Source: Flectonema sp. DT1601 (Eukaryota). Taken from it: a stretch of DNA of 64,000 bases. The position numbers and the translations under genes are program-made. The notes beneath the pieces were generated by a model. That model searched no databases. It saw only the letters and a program-made list of their open reading frames with translations, and was not told where the DNA came from. Positions 37,801 through 48,100 of the stretch are shown here, piece after piece. Location: positions 1,364,001-1,428,000 of the forward strand of contig OZ025796.1 in NCBI GenBank assembly GCA_964019425.1, written 5' to 3'. Numbering within the stretch: position 1 is the stretch's first letter; each line of letters begins with the position of its first letter.

Positions 37801-38432
37801 CTTCAGACTTGAAACCTCACTTCACATCCAATGAGAACATTCTGATTAAAGGAACTCGGTCGAAAAAAGACTTTGGAAAACCTTTCGGAATTCTTGGTAC
37901 ATTCTCTCTAGACCGCGGACACGTCGCAGTAACAGATGTTGACGGGTTTGGATCTTTCTTTGCAATTGAAAACAACGGCGTGCAATGCATCACCAAACCC
38001 TGTCTTGTATTTGATAATTATTTATTAAACACGAGAAGAATTAAAAGAACTTCTTCAATCGAATTTGATGACAAGTTGGGAGACGAAGCAGCTGAGAAAG
38101 CTCGCACACAACTTTCTGCAGGAGAAGTGGTATTGGTGTCCGCTACACGTCGGAGAGTTAAAAGTAAAAATAGAAAAGAGAAACAGCTTTTGGTTAATCA
38201 AATCTACAACCCGACAGTTGAATGTCCGAAGGGATACCTTTGGCACAAGGAAGCCTGTAGAACTAAGTTTGGGTGTGCTCATCCCCAACTTGAAATGATT
38301 CTTGTCGGAGGAGTTCCACCGAATAGTGAACTTGGGGAACCAACACCACCAACAACAACCACAATCTGCGTTGATAGCTGTGAGGACCACCAACACACTG
38401 GTCCAGGTACTTGTACTGCTCATCTTCAATGA
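34854..38432 (+). CDS. Secreted Cys-rich protein: signal peptide, 16 x 55-aa repeats and a C-terminal DUF6748-like domain
   Basis: Signal peptide MLSRLLLAGLLIAGSGA. Each 165-bp repeat has two 4-Cys follistatin-N-like units. The C-terminal domain contains DQRRCIDPLCGGYWITKVN...CADG...CYIAE. Confidence 0.8.
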   Translation: MLSRLLLAGLLIAGSGALIAAPPAGCAATLCTVGSICVEDEFGQASCIENPCNVKECPLFKNKCVVKDGKAICVEEQPAGCAATTCIVGSICVEDEFGQASCIENPCNVKECPFFKNKCVVKDGKAICVEEQPAGCAATTCIVGSICVEDEFGQASCIENPCNVKECPFFKNKCVVKDGKAICVEEQPAGCAATLCTVGSICVEDEFGQASCIENPCNVKECPLFKNKCVVKDGKAICVEEQPAGCAATTCIVGSICVEDEFGQASCIENPCNVKECPLFKNKCVVKDGKAICVEEQPAGCAATTCIVGSICVEDEFGQASCIENPCNVKECPFFKNKCVVKDGKAICVEEQPAGCAATLCTVGSICVEDEFGQASCIENPCNVKECPFFKNKCVVKDGKAICVEEQPAGCAATTCIVGSICVEDEFGQASCIENPCNVKECPFFKNKCVVKDGKAICVEEQPAGCAATLCTVGSICVEDEFGQASCIENPCNVKECPFFKNKCVVKDGKAVCVEEQPAGCAATLCTVGSICVEDEFGQASCIENPCNVKECPFFKNKCVVKDGKAICVEEQPAGCAATLCTVGSICVEDEFGQASCIENPCNVKECPFFKNKCVVKDGKAICVEEQPAGCAATLCTVGSICVEDEFGQASCIENPCNVKECPFFKNKCVVKDGKAICVEEQPAGCAATTCIVGSICVEDEFGQASCIENPCNVKECPFFKNKCVVKDGKAICVEEQPAGCAATTCIVGSICVEDEFGQASCIENPCNVKECPFFKNKCVVKDGKAICVEEQPAGCAATLCTVGSICVEDEFGQASCIENPCNVKECPLFKNKCVVKDGKAICVEEQPAGCAATTCIVGSICVEDEFGQASCIENPCNVKECPLFKNKCVVKDGKAVCVEERPAGCAVVQCPKGIDCTEDDAGVGHCSEEEELDVRGYYLLKQDQRRCIDPLCGGYWITKVNRRKMRCADGIRKPSCYIAEFTSDLKPHFTSNENILIKGTRSKKDFGKPFGILGTFSLDRGHVAVTDVDGFGSFFAIENNGVQCITKPCLVFDNYLLNTRRIKRTSSIEFDDKLGDEAAEKARTQLSAGEVVLVSATRRRVKSKNRKEKQLLVNQIYNPTVECPKGYLWHKEACRTKFGCAHPQLEMILVGGVPPNSELGEPTPPTTTTICVDSCEDHQHTGPGTCTAHLQ
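34920..37560 (+). repeat. 165-bp coding tandem repeat, 16 copies
   Basis: Near-identical units with two alternating variants, TLCTV and TTCIV. Confidence 0.95.
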
Positions 38433-40655
38433 AAACTCTCTTTTTTCTAATTATTGTTCACATTTTCATACCAACCAAGTACAATAACTTCAGCTGGTTC
38501 GCTATTCCCAGTTGGTCCTCGTTGGGGATCCCGGAGTAAGTCGTTCCACTTATCATTTTTTTTCTCTTTTTTTTTTTTTTTTTTGAATCCTTTTTATGTC
38601 GTATTTAATACTAACTAACTAATACTATATTCGCACAAAACTTGACCTTACGAGCAGTATGAGATACACGCTGTTGGTGAGGTCTGTGCTGGTGGTTGAA
38701 TTTATCAGTTGGGAAGATAACATAATAATATTTTCCCTATTTTATTTTCTCCCTCCACCGGAATTGTATAGCAAGACGCCTTTGAGCAATTCATCTGCTG
38801 AATTTTATTATTCTTTTATCTCCCCCCGACAACCTTTTCGTTTGTATTTTACGTACAAAATCGAACAGTTAATCTCCCGACAACCTTTTCGTTTTTTTCT
38901 TAGGCATTCCGCTCGGGGAAGCTCTCCCACGAAAACTGTATTGACCTGAGAAATCGATTTGTTTGTTTTCTTTTTTTACTCTCAACTTTTTTGCTTTATC
39001 GTGTCAAGCACCCGATCAGATCCGGGGTTGTGACTTTGACGTATTTCTCTTATTTGATTACTACTTGAGTTCTGTTATCGTTACTAATTCACTTTACTTC
39101 AACAAACAGAAAGGAAAAAAAAAACTATATAAACGAGCTGGTTGCAGTATTGACGAGAAGAAGGTAGTTGTCCTCATCAACTGAGTTTGCAAAATTCATT
39201 ATTTTATTCTCTTTTTTTTATATAAAGGAACTTCAGGAAGTACAGGTGTGTCCAGCTAATATACTTCTTGGTATGTACTGGTAGCGATGAATGTTGTTTT
39301 GAGTCACTTGTTATCCAGTAGCAAACTATTCAAAATAATGCAAGTTTTTGTAACATCTCCGGATTTGGGACTCCCGGCGGTGTCTGTCACGGCTCGTGCT
39401 GTGTCGGTTGGGCGAGTTGTGACAACCCTGATTTTGTTTGTGCTGCTCCTCGATCATAGAGATACTCTTGCGGTAGTTACCGAGTATCCCGTAGAAACTG
39501 GAGCTGGATTTATGAGAAGTGAGTTGTGAGTTGTGTTTAACCTCCTTTCGCAATAGAGACACCCGGTGTGAGTGTGTGATGTGTGTTGAAACTCTGACGA
39601 GTTCTCATTACCCTTTGTGTGTGTTGTGTATTTATATGTGTGGTTTGAGCGTTCGTGTTTCAGTTTTGAGCGAGCCTCCAATGGTTTGTGTGTGTTGCGT
39701 GTTTCGTAGGTTCACATGTCGAATGTGTGTGGAACTATTATTTCGTTTGCCTTTCTTGATTTTTCTGAATTTGTTCTTCGTGCTGTGATTTGTGGTGAAG
39801 TTGCGTTGTATTGTATTGTATTGTATAATTTGTTGTTTGTTCTGTTAGTTTGTTTGCAATCATTCTTTCTTCTTTTTGTTATCAGGAAGGACATGTCACA
39901 AGTGATGTGGTGGAGAGGAAGTGGGGGGGGAGAGTAAGTTAGGTGGAAAATGGTACCACTTGCCGTGTGATGGAAGGAGGGATCGTCGAGAGGGCTTTAC
40001 GGTGATGGTGACATGAGAGGGTGTTTGCAATTTTGTAACTTTTGTATATATTTCATATTCTTAAATACAGGAGCAGAACTAATGATGAAGTGAGCGTTTA
40101 ACCTCCTTGTGTGTTTGTGCGTGAGTGTGTGTTGTGAAGTGTTGTGTGTTGCAACTCTGACGAGTTCTCATTACCCTTTGTGTGTGTTTTGTGTGTTCAT
40201 ATGTGTAGTTTGAGTAGTATGTTGGTTAGTGTGTTGTGTGTTCATATGTGTGGTTTGAGTGTTCGTGTTTCGTATTTGAGTTCCTGCTATGGTTTGTGTG
40301 TGTTGCGTGTTTCGGAGGTGCGAATGTCGAATGTGTGTGGAACTATTATTTCGTTTGCCTTCCTTGATTTTTCTGAATTTTTTGTTCTTCGTGCTGTGAT
40401 TTGTGGTGAAGTTGAATTGTGTTGTTTGGTGGGAATGTTTGAGAAGAGGAAAATAATTTATTGAATTGTTTTGATTTATTTGCCGTCACCTGTTTAGTCA
40501 ATTCTCACGTTAGTGGTGTGTCTTCCCTGATTACCGTAGTGTGTGAACTCGACTTGAACTTGATTAAGTACTTAACAATACTAGAAATGTGTGTCTCTCT
40601 TTTTAAGTAAGTTCCCTTTTTTCAGTGTCATCGTAAAACAAAACATCGCTCAAGG

Positions 40656-41984
40656 ATGATGATTGTTGCAATGGCCGTGTTGTCGCTTATTGCTACCCCG
40701 ATAATCTGGTTATCGGAGGCGGAAGCAAAACGATCTGTTCTGCACAGGAGTTTCCGGGAACCGACGCCGCAAGAAGCGTTGATGGAATATCGCACGCAAG
40801 TTATGATGAGGAAGTACGTTCAGGGGTTACTTGAACTGCAAGAGCGCATGTTCCGCGAGAGGGCGAGGAAGGTGACCGAGTGGGTGGAGATGCGGAGGGA
40901 GAAGACTGCTGCTTGGAAGAGGGAGGAGAGAAGACAGATGATGGAAAGGCATTCCGCATGGAAGTTGTGCGGTGAACCCACATCGGATTGTAGTTTCCAG
41001 CATGCTTCCGTACGCAGTGGAACCTACACGCACATTGGTGGCAACGGTGGCAGCGTCAACACGTCGCTGGTTGGAAAAGGAGCACCTTATGCTGCACGCA
41101 CCACTGTCGACTCCACGTCGTCGCAAATGGAATATAGTACTTGTCTCCTGATTCTGAGAATGTTCAGAGTTCTGGTGCAGTGGTTCATCAGGATTCATAA
41201 CGACATGGCAGAAGCGCTTCGCCGTTCACTGTGTCTTTTGAACTTTGGTGTTGACTTCCTCAGATTGATCTCGTCATCATTTCTCGACTTTCTGAGTCAG
41301 TGCTGTCGAGTTGGAAGCAAGCTGTCTTCGGACTTCATGCAATTCACAGCAATGCAAGTTCCGCGGGGCCCTCGTGTTTTTGCGGCTGCGCTTGAGCTCG
41401 AGTGTGTCAGGTTTGCTGACCTCGTAATGGCTTGGGTGAATGAAGCAGCCAGTTCAGCGGCTGACTTCATGTTCTCTGTACTTTCTCTGTTTGATCGGTT
41501 TCTCTTGTTTTCGAGAAGCGTTCGCTCCGAACTGGAGGCATGTTTCCTTTCTTTTTTTGCTGGACCCATTGGTGCTTATCGCTCGGTCGAGGCAGATCTG
41601 AAGTCTGCGTCCGAGGTGATTCGCGGGGGGTTCGGGAAAGTGGTTGCATGTACGGAGATTGCTGACCAGAGTGTTAAGCTGTTTTGCATCAATCACCGGA
41701 TTGATCAGAGCAAGAAACACTTGGAACGCATCTTCAGGGGATGGAAAGTCGAGGCGGCAGCCGTAGTCAATAAAGTTGACATTAAGTATTTGTTTGAAGC
41801 TGTCGCCGCGCTTTCCGATGCCTGTTCTTTTCTTCTTTGGATTGTTTTGTTGTTGGTATTGCTCTCCTTTGAAATTGTCAATTTCTTGGGTTTGTTTGCC
41901 GGCATGAGTAGCGGAGGAAAAAGGAAGTTTCAGCTTGCGCAGCAGCTGTTTGCGGCTTGTGTTTTTCATGTTTGTTGTCGTTAA
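40656..41984 (+). CDS. Hypothetical membrane protein, paralog of 53113-54315
   Basis: 442-aa ORF with a hydrophobic N-terminus and a C-terminal TM segment. Its last ~198 aa are identical to those of the paralog. Confidence 0.6.
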   Translation: MMIVAMAVLSLIATPIIWLSEAEAKRSVLHRSFREPTPQEALMEYRTQVMMRKYVQGLLELQERMFRERARKVTEWVEMRREKTAAWKREERRQMMERHSAWKLCGEPTSDCSFQHASVRSGTYTHIGGNGGSVNTSLVGKGAPYAARTTVDSTSSQMEYSTCLLILRMFRVLVQWFIRIHNDMAEALRRSLCLLNFGVDFLRLISSSFLDFLSQCCRVGSKLSSDFMQFTAMQVPRGPRVFAAALELECVRFADLVMAWVNEAASSAADFMFSVLSLFDRFLLFSRSVRSELEACFLSFFAGPIGAYRSVEADLKSASEVIRGGFGKVVACTEIADQSVKLFCINHRIDQSKKHLERIFRGWKVEAAAVVNKVDIKYLFEAVAALSDACSFLLWIVLLLVLLSFEIVNFLGLFAGMSSGGKRKFQLAQQLFAACVFHVCCR

Positions 41985-42125
41985 ATGAATTCTGTTGTTG
42001 TTTGAAAAAACAGCAGCCCAACAAAAAAAAAAGCAAAACCAAAACCAAAAAAAAAAGAAAAAAAAAAAAAAAATAAGCGACCTTTGTACCAACTTCCCTT
42101 TAACCCAATTAATATGTGCGTATAA

Positions 42126-45080
42126 CAGACGAAAATATTGCAGTACTTATCAACGCAGCCTCCGAAACTAAAAGCGACTATCTCCAATGCGCTGTGCTCA
42201 TACTCTTTGATATTTCGGGGGCTTTCGACAACGTAGACCACAACCTACTTATGGATAGGATAAAACCTTTACTACCGACTCCCTTTGTACGATGGATAGG
42301 CAGCTTCCTTTCAGATCGCACCGCTCACCTTCTTCATGGTAGTACCCGCTCAAAACCTATAGCCTGTACAAAGGGGGTTCCCCAAGGTAGTATTCTTGGC
42401 CCATTACTTTTTCGAATGTACGTTGACTCCTTACCAGAGTCCATTACGGTATCTGACACCTCACTACTATACGCCGATGATCTTGCGGTATATGTAAGTA
42501 GCTCGACAATCGACGATTTGGAAGCGAGAGCCAACAAAGCAATAGGTCAAGTAGAATGCTGGCTGGATAACTCCAGAATGTCATTATCCCATTCAAAAAC
42601 AGAATACATGTCCATAGGCAAACGTTTTACGGAAGACAAACGCATCTGTCGGCGTCCGCGTCTTTATTTCCCCTCGACAGTTGATGATGTCCCAATTCCA
42701 CGTGGGTCTTATCAATTCTTTTATGATCATATAGATGATGGGGCTGCTGCTTTACTTAACTTTGAAAACGGTCCCATCTTTCCCTTAGGTATAAATGGAC
42801 GTAGCGTGAACAATCGATCGCAATTCATAAACACCATTCCGAAGGGTGAATTTTCTTTGACAGCCGCCATCCCACTTCGTCAGGTGAAACAAACTCGGTA
42901 CCTGGGTGTTATAATTGATGATAATCTTACCTTTGAATCACAGAAAACAAAAATTCTGAACACTCTGAAACGTGGGATTGCTCTCCTCTCGATGGTCTCA
43001 TCATATCAGGTAAAGACAGAGGTGATAAGACAAGTAATTTTCGGTCTAATCCTCTCAAGAGCATATTATGGTCTAGCAGCATTTGCTCCCCTCCTCTCCA
43101 AAAAGGCGCAGGAGGAGATTGAGCTGACACAACGTGTTCTCCAACGGAAACTTACCGGCTGCCTTAACTCAACAGCTACACCGGCCCTTTCAGTAGAATC
43201 CGGCATATTACCATTCAAACTACACCTTTCGAAATCTACTGCGTTGATGAATGAACGATTCTTGCGTAATAACAAGAACAGCCCCTCGTGGTCCATCTTA
43301 GACCCTGAGAAAACATCGAGCATCTGGAAAACATTTGCTTCCATCCACTCCAACAGATATCCTACTCCATCGTTGCGCTCACACCACTGCCTTCCGCATC
43401 ACCAAGCACCATGGGAGCCTCCGCCAGATGTAACTTTTAACCCCTGGAGAGAGTTCCGTAAATCCTTGGAACCCGTTCAGAACTTAGAAGCTGCTCTGTC
43501 AACAATGAAGAAACTCCCGCCAGCAATCGCCCGACTATACACTGACGCGTCCTATTTCCAAGACAAAGAACAGAATTATCGATGTGGCAATGCAGCCTGT
43601 CTGATCATAGGAAACAAATGCTTCTCTAAGAGGAAGCGCTATACACCTGCACTGATGATATACAATGCGGAGCAACAAGCTCTCCTATCAGCAGTTGAAC
43701 TGTTGGAAGAACACTCCTCCTGGCTCCCCAGAGGGAGAGTCCATATCATCACCGACAGTCAGTCCTCGGTAAGCAGCCTGGCAAAGGGATATCTCCGCCA
43801 GAGATCCACCACGAACATGGAGATACTAAAACGCATAATGCTGCTCCGCCGCCCGATCACCTTCCAATTTGTGCCCTCCCATTGTGGAATAATTGGTAAC
43901 GAGCTGGCCGATTCGCAAGCAAGTAAAGCAGCGTCTTCTGATACTCTCCAAATTACAGAGGTAGCTTTCGACTACCGAATGGTTCAGTGCTCTATCACGA
44001 ATCAAGTTAACAAGATATGGTTAAGGGAAAGAGACTCTAACCACGTTCACTATTGGTCAACCCTCGGGGGAAGAATTCAACGCTTCCATCCAAACCTGAA
44101 GCGGTCTGATGAAGTACACATTTCACGCCTCCGCACGGGTCACCACCATTTGATCAAGATCCCCTCTCAGGGTCTCATGAATTGCAACTTCTGTAACGAG
44201 CCGTTAACAAGCACGCATCACTTATTATTCAATTGTCTCGCATTACGCCCAATTGTGCAACAATACTTCCCTCCAACAGCAACTCTTGAACAAGGAGAAA
44301 TGGATGTCGGTCAAAACCTCCACAAATTCTTCTCGACAGAACACCAACCAGAGCTTATGAAGTTGATAATGAGATTACATGAACTCCCACTATGGCAGGC
44401 AATACCTCAACAGCACCTTATGGAACATTTGTATAAGTGGACTAGCTTTCCGACCTTCAACACAGCAACACGAAAAACAGTCGTTGCGTACATTAAAGAA
44501 GCCTACACTCTCACCGACATAGAGGAAATACATACCAATCTTGATTGGGTATGGATGTACTGCTATCCTGACTATCTTAACAACGATACAAGCATGAAAA
44601 AGCTCCTCGACAAAATCCAGGACTCCCAATACAGCCGTATCGATGCGGCGTGGTTTAACAGACAAGTCCGATAACTCTCCTTTAGTTATATACAACATTA
44701 TCAAAAAAAATAAAATAAAGAAAAATTCTATCCCTTACAGAATCCAAACGCCCCGCCCCCAGAGTCTTTGTTTTTATATATTTTATTTTATTTTCTTTTT
44801 AATTTTATATATTCATTTATTTGTTTTCTTTTCTCTTTAGTTATCCTCATATCACTTCCTGACAACAATCGGACAAGGTGGAAAGCTGACAATAGGCATA
44901 CTGTGTTCATTATGCCCCGTCAGCCGAAGCTATAATAAAACAATCCTAATAAGATTGGGTCTAATTACGTTGCTGTTGCCTCGTAGCTCTAGGGAGTTAA
45001 CCCGATGCTCCCTAGTTTGCTGTATCAGCGATGCACAGTACGCAATGTATTGGACTTCCTTATCTATCTATCTATCTATC
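42126..45080 (+). mobile_element. 5'-truncated non-LTR retrotransposon (RT, RNase H, zinc knuckle; I/Ingi-like group) with a (CTAT)n tail
   Basis: The frame to 44674 carries FDISGAFD, GVPQGSILGP, YADD, YLG, the RNase H motifs YTDAS, AEQ, TDSQS and GNELAD, and CNFC..HHLLFNC. The target-site duplication TATAA (42121-42125 and 45081-45085) is defined by the empty site at 54465. Confidence 0.93.
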
Positions 45081-45137
45081 TATAATCAGCGCGCACAACA
45101 GCAAAGTTACAACCAGAACCCATGGAAAAAGAGCCAG

Positions 45138-48100
45138 ATGAAAAAAGTAGATCATCTGTTTGCCAAACCATCACAGCACCGGCACAGAAGAAGTTACGGG
45201 CAACAACGAGGCGGCCGTCTTAGACACTCGCCGCTGTCCAACTTCCACCATCGAAGCGAAAACGTGCAACACCGAAACAAGCGAAACTTCGATGGTATTG
45301 ACTGGAAGTTATATGAGAAGAGCTGCAATAGGCAAAGGATGTCTTTCGTAAGAAGAAACCTCTCTCATCGTAAAATCCGCGGAAAACAACCAGGACTTCG
45401 AACTTGCGGTGTAATCTATGCACTGTTTAGACGCTCCGACGGCAAAGTAATATACGTCGGCCAGACAGCTAACTCAGCACTGGAGCGAGCGCAGTCCCAC
45501 TGGTACCAAGCAAAGAAGTGGTCACGTGACAGAAGGCAGAACGAAAATCGTCTGATGCAATACCTGTCACAGGAAAGGCTACCTCCACTAACAATCCCAC
45601 TCGAGAAAATCCCAAGCAATCATTACCACAATGCTTCGGACTTCTACAGAGCTGCTGCCCCTCGAGAGCAGCATTATATTAATAGTTTTGGAAAACTTCT
45701 AAATGTGAGAGGTTATTACTCACCAAAGCTAAGCTCTCAACGATCGAGAAAACACCAAAACCGCCCGCCACGCCCTGTTCGCCAACAACAGATGCCATCT
45801 TTCAAGTCACAGAATGTATACGAGCAGAACAGGTTTTATTTCAGTGAAGTTAACGATGATGGCGAGGACTTTGAATTATTCCAACAATCAAAACCAACCG
45901 CAACAATTACATTAGAAAATGGTGTGTCATTTGAAGTTGAGACTTCCTACAAATGGTTGCCATCGAAGCTCAACTTTTTATTTGCTATGCCTGAAGACGA
46001 ATTTTCGAACTACGACTTTACTCGTTGGCAAACAAATACAACTACAAAGGTACTTCAATTCCTTCGTTCTAATTTCCACCAAGAACGTTACACAGCCCGT
46101 GTAAAGTACCTCGAGAGCTGCTTTATGGAAAGATTGAATCCAGCAACACTACGCCGTCTCAAAAACAAAAAGGAAGCAAACAGCTACTGGCTTAAACTGA
46201 ACGTCAGCCACAAGGCCTTAGATAGATTGAATCTAGGAGCAATTCTACACAGTGACGAAGTTAAGGCAGTCTGTCCAAATTTAAAAACCTTAAGCAGAAC
46301 TAGAATCTGTCACAAACTGGGTACAACTGTAGGAGATATTGTATTAAACGCCACTTCTGTTGGGAATGGATGCGATGAACCCCTCTGTTCACCATGTCCC
46401 TGTTGTACTCTCGTTCCAGGAAGTATTAAATTCGATGGCCACGCCTGCGGTCTAGCAGTAAATCTTCCCGTATCTGCCGAATTACGAGATTTCTTTGCAC
46501 GAGGACAGAAATTCAGAGTTCCAAAGCACCCCGCTGCAGCAATGGACTCGCTCGAAAGCGACATAGCAGTTTACGTAGATAAAGCTTACAGAAACACCAC
46601 TGACGATATTAAACTTCGCTTCAAAAACGTAATTCTTAAGCATCTCCACACCAAACTGAGCCGAGACCTTTCATTCCTTGACTCCCCGCTGTCAAGCAAA
46701 GCTCTCAAAGAACTTTCTTCACTACAAAATTCGATGGTTCTCTTAAAAGTAGACAAAGGACAACATGATATTGGTTTCATCTGTAAATCCTTCTACCTGA
46801 GTCTCCTCAGCAAACAATTAGGAGGTCCAGCCTATCAACAATTGAAAGCAACAGAGGAAATCACTCTAGCCTTCTTAGCTGAGAATAATAAAATCTTAGG
46901 AAACAAGCATGCAGATAGACTACCACATCTCTACGGCATGATTAAATTGCACAAGTCAGCTATTGGGATGAGATGGATTTCGGGAGCCTCTTCACTCACA
47001 GGAACGGAGAAGCAGCGTCAATTAGACAAGGAGCACAAAACGGCACCCGCAACAGCCACAACACACGCCCATCTGCATCTATCAAGTATTCTTAAAAATG
47101 TGATGGCTCTACTAAAAGAAAAAGATATGAATTCAAAATACAAACGTTATTGGATAGTCGAATCTGATAAAGACATAGCTGCTGATATTAAATTAAACAC
47201 AACTCGACTAAAAGGCCTATCTCCCAAGACGCACGACTTCACTACGATGTATACACGACTACCCCACCAGGAGATCAAAGATAAAGTGAATGAAGCAATT
47301 AAAGAAGCATTCGAATTCAAGAATATTATGCGACTCGAATCTAATGACCCTGCGACCTACCGTGCTTTATCACAGTTAGAATGTAGAGCGCTTCTAAGCT
47401 TTTGTGTGGATAATTCTCTAATTTCAATGAGAGGAAAACTATGGAGACAAGTAGTTGGCATTCCCATGGGCGGCAACGCAAGTAGCGATATAGCTAATCT
47501 CTACTGTTACAGAATCGAATCTAAATTTATGGATGACCTTGTAGCAAAAGGAGAGTTAGATTTAGCACGCAAACACGACTACTCTTGCCGGTACATAGAC
47601 GATTTCCTTACATGGAACTGCAACCCACCACCAGCAGAATTATACTCCATGAACTACACCGAGACCTCTAATGGTATTGATGATGTTTCATACATTGGAA
47701 TTAGAATCCGAATCGAAACCACCAGATCAAACAACAGGTGGATACGTCTAAGCGTTAACGACAAAGCGCGTGGTTGGCATATCATACCAACAAGATTCAC
47801 CCACCAGCACTCAGCTGCTCAAGAATCGATGGGTACTGGTATCTTCACCACCATGCTCCTACGAGCACTCAGAATCTGTAATAATCAGGCAGATCTTCTA
47901 CAAGAGCTCGAGTTCGTAACATACAGACTACTCAACCGAGGATACAAGTTTAAGAACCTCGCAGTAGCTTGTCACAGCTTTATCAACTTATATATTGACG
48001 ATGGCAATGTTGCAGCTGCAATTCGAAGACGACTAAATATTACTTCCGAAAAGTTTAATCATGGTATCCCTGTAAGCGACGAAAAAGACACCATTAATCA

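Noticed and set aside
39338..39529. Ubiquitin-like gene starting MQVFV
   Set aside because: The similarity is limited to the first five residues and there is no ubiquitin fold pattern. It may be a first exon of the tandem family, which I cannot confirm.
42116..42125. Start codon for the 852-aa LINE ORF
   Set aside because: It is a GTG in host flanking DNA. The element is 5'-truncated within the RT and lacks APE and ORF1.
44955..45137. ORF-track N-terminus of the 1278-aa protein
   Set aside because: It starts at a TTG inside the LINE 3' UTR and runs through the (CTAT)n tail, upstream of the element boundary at 45086.
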